64,000 bases of DNA from an uncultured Syntrophomonadaceae bacterium (GTDB taxonomy: Bacteria > Bacillota > Dethiobacteria > DTU022). Each line of letters starts with the position of its first letter. Within the stretch, counting starts at the first letter, position 1. The notes below the pieces were generated by a model that was given only the letters and a program-made list of their open reading frames with translations, was not told the DNA's origin and did no database searches. The stretch spans positions 4,010 to 68,009 of the forward strand of contig CAZDKY010000021.1 in NCBI GenBank assembly GCA_964506505.1, written 5' to 3'. This document shows positions 61,700-64,000 of the stretch, piece by piece. Both the position numbers and the translations under genes were made by a program.

Positions 61700-62099
61700 G
61701 TTACCCCCCCCAAATCGATTTAAATCATTACCTATTAGAACAATATCAATATTACAAGGGTGCTCATATTCTGTTCGTGATCAAAACCAATATTCCTTTT
61801 AAATATTTTTAATAATTCCTTTATTATGTAATATATGGAGTTACGACATCATACAATAATTATTTTAATAAATATTATATGACGTCGCCGGGCTATCCGC
61901 TCCAATCGAAAAACAGATCGATTCCGCTTCTATCCCTAACTCACTATACCGTTAATATCTATTATTCTATTGAAATAAATAAGTTAGCTTTTCAAATATA
62001 GCAAAACCCGCTAAATTTAACAGCTAACCTATTTTTATATGTTTCTTGATCATTTTTTATCTATGAAGATAATCTCAAATTACGAGAATATCGTTTAAT

Positions 62100-63158
62100 A
62101 CTAAATTCCTTCCAGCTTTTTTAAATCTTTTAAATAGCTCATCCTTCTTTTCTGAACTTCATTTTTGAAGCTTGTATTTTTAAGCTTTAACTTAGCTTCA
62201 GTATTGTTTTTAATATATTTTTGGATATCGTCTATGTTGCTTTTATTCATGTAGGCACCGATCGAAATTAATAAACCGTTTACCTGGTTGGTTAATTTTT
62301 TCAGATCTCCCTGCTTTACTTTTTCTCAAAATAATGGTTTTATATCCGGGTTTATAGGTTTCTTAATTACTGTCCATTTTGGATGATTCATTTTTAACCA
62401 GTTTGTAGTTAAATAGTGCCAGAGCTGATCTTCATTTTCTCTGATATCTTCAACCTGTAATATTTTAAGCTCCTTTAATGCTGCTCTTCTTAACTGAGAT
62501 TCTATACGCCATACATCTTTATTATCATCCCAACCATTTTCTTTCCAGATCGCTTTAAACCACTCTTTACCTTTTGTTTTTATTTCCTGTGTTTTATTAT
62601 AGATCCTGGCCAGCATCGGATTACCCCTGCCGATTGTAAAGCCTGAAAAATTCTTGCCGTAAGTGTAAGAGTCATCTACATAGTGATTTGCTTTCGCCCT
62701 GGCCCTGGTTATGAATAGCTCTCTATCTTCTTCATTAAATGCTATTTCGTCGGTATCAAGGCAGATATCAAGTCTTGATAATCTTGTTTTCTCAATTTCT
62801 CCCGGGAATATTTTAAACCAGTTAAGAAATCTGCTATATGCTTCTTCATAACCATATGACCATAAATAGCCGGAATAAAATATAACTCTGATTGGCGGGT
62901 TTTCATTTGTTGTTTTTTCAGTAAAGGCCATCATAAAATACTTGCAGGTTATTTTATAGGCATAAAATCTAATACCTTTAAGCCTACTTCAAAAAGTAAA
63001 TTATTATAATCTATGTGATACGCTATGCCGATCTCCTGACCGTTTTCTTTTTTATCTCTTAACTCTAACAGAATCGGTTTAAATTTATTTTCATAATCTA
63101 TAATATCTATTCCAAATTCTAATCGATCAATTCCTCTGATATTTATATTAATCACCAC
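62100..63158 (-). pseudogene. Frameshifted Rep_trans-like rolling-circle replication initiator
   Basis: Pieces 62949..63158 and 62326..62934 plus a further downstream frame; SRLDICLD, ARIYNKT, VWRIESQLRR. 3' boundary approximate. Confidence 0.7.
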
Positions 63159-63259
63159 CTAATTAAATTAGAGCCTAGCATGTTATATATAATGCCCCGG
63201 CAGGAGCAACTCGAAAAAGTAATTATCTTTTAACTGGCAAAAACTTTTTAGGCGAGCCA

Positions 63260-63898
63260 ATGTTTATCTGTTGTAATTGCAATGGCAATGTAGTGAGCTA
63301 TGGCAACTCATCTAAGAACTGGAAAAAATATATATGCGGTGTAAATAGATCAAAAGGACCCGATGGATGCAGTAGTAAATGGTTTGTTGATCAATATTGG
63401 CTTGAAGAATTACTGGTTAAAGAAATTGAGCAGCGTTATACTGCTCCGGATAAACTTGATAAGATTATCTCTGATCTATCAAATAAGATCAGAGATAATA
63501 ATTTATCTGTTACAAAAGATATTAATACCGTAGAGAAGAATATAAAGCTGCATAACCATGAGATAAAGAACCTTTTAAATGCAATCAAGTCAGGTATTGA
63601 TGCTTCAATTATTTCAGATGAAATTAATAAAATTAATGAAGAAAAAGATAACCTTGAAACACAATTAAAAAATCTGAAGAATAAACATACATCTGATAAT
63701 AAAATTAATCCAGATCTACTTAAAAGCTTTTTTATTAATTTCAGGAAATCTTACGACCTTGCTTCTATCCAGGAGAGAAAAAAATTAATAAGAACATTTA
63801 TAAAACGGTTAGAATTAGATCCTAAAACAAAAGAAATCAGGGTAGAATTTTACCCTGATGACATAGTGAAATCTATTGGTGCCGGAGACCGGAATTGA
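63260..63898 (+). pseudogene. C-terminal fragment of a large serine recombinase (zinc ribbon + coiled coil)
   Basis: CCNCNG...YICG...C; ERKKLIRTFIKRLE; no catalytic N-terminal domain; ORF ends inside the tRNA 3' end. Confidence 0.8.
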
Positions 63899-63966
63899 AC
63901 CGGTACGGGCATTGTATGCCCGAGGGATTTTAAGTCCCTTGCGTCTGCCTGTTCCGCCACTCCGGC
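63877..63966 (-). tRNA. tRNA-Leu (TAA)
   Basis: GCCGGAG...CTCCGGC-A-CCA; anticodon arm AGGGA-CTTAAAA-TCCCT; long variable arm. Confidence 0.97.
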
Positions 63967-63973
63967 TAAAAAA

Positions 63974-64000
63974 TGGAGGCGACACCCGGATTCGAACCGG
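63974..64000 (-). tRNA. 3' end of a tRNA, probably tRNA-Cys (partial)
   Basis: CCGGTTCGAATCCGGGTGTCGCCTCCA with U discriminator; anticodon lies outside the window. Confidence 0.65.

Larger units (their letters stand above)
58825..63890. mobile_element. Decayed AT-rich integrative element at the tRNA-Leu 3' end
   Basis: 14-bp direct repeat TGGTGCCGGAGACC at 58825-58838 and 63877-63890; serine recombinase and Rep remnants; sharp GC drop. Confidence 0.85.

Overview
Bacterial chromosomal window from an anaerobic Bacillota (Clostridia-like) organism. Its exported proteins are very acidic, which suggests a halo/alkaliphile (inference). Main blocks, in order: (1) a minus-strand operon fdhE, selenocysteine Tat-exported fdhA, fdhB, rnfC, rnfD, with no cytochrome b subunit; (2) a decaying arsenic locus; (3) tRNA-Arg(CCT) with a 4.8 kb K+-regulation islet bounded by a 59-bp tRNA duplication; (4) a sigma54-driven TRAP transporter whose terminator is followed by a group IIC intron scar; (5) a ccmABCDEF cluster upstream of a UGA-interrupted 11-heme cytochrome c / tandem-rhodanese fusion (putative selenoprotein) and a duplicated rhodanese lipoprotein; (6) housekeeping genes (rsmD, hisC, a T-box-led aminotransferase with hisHF-pdxST, guaA, purF, glnA plus ANTAR regulator, pyrG, nrdJ), with a GYF_2/Lgt membrane cluster inserted among them; (7) an unannotated 25-aa peptide gene followed by a membrane HD-GYP protein and DUF5317, a candidate peptide-signalling system; (8) a decayed AT-rich element integrated at tRNA-Leu(TAA). 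Three probable UGA-recoded selenoproteins are visible. All assignments come from reading motifs by eye; no database searches were run.
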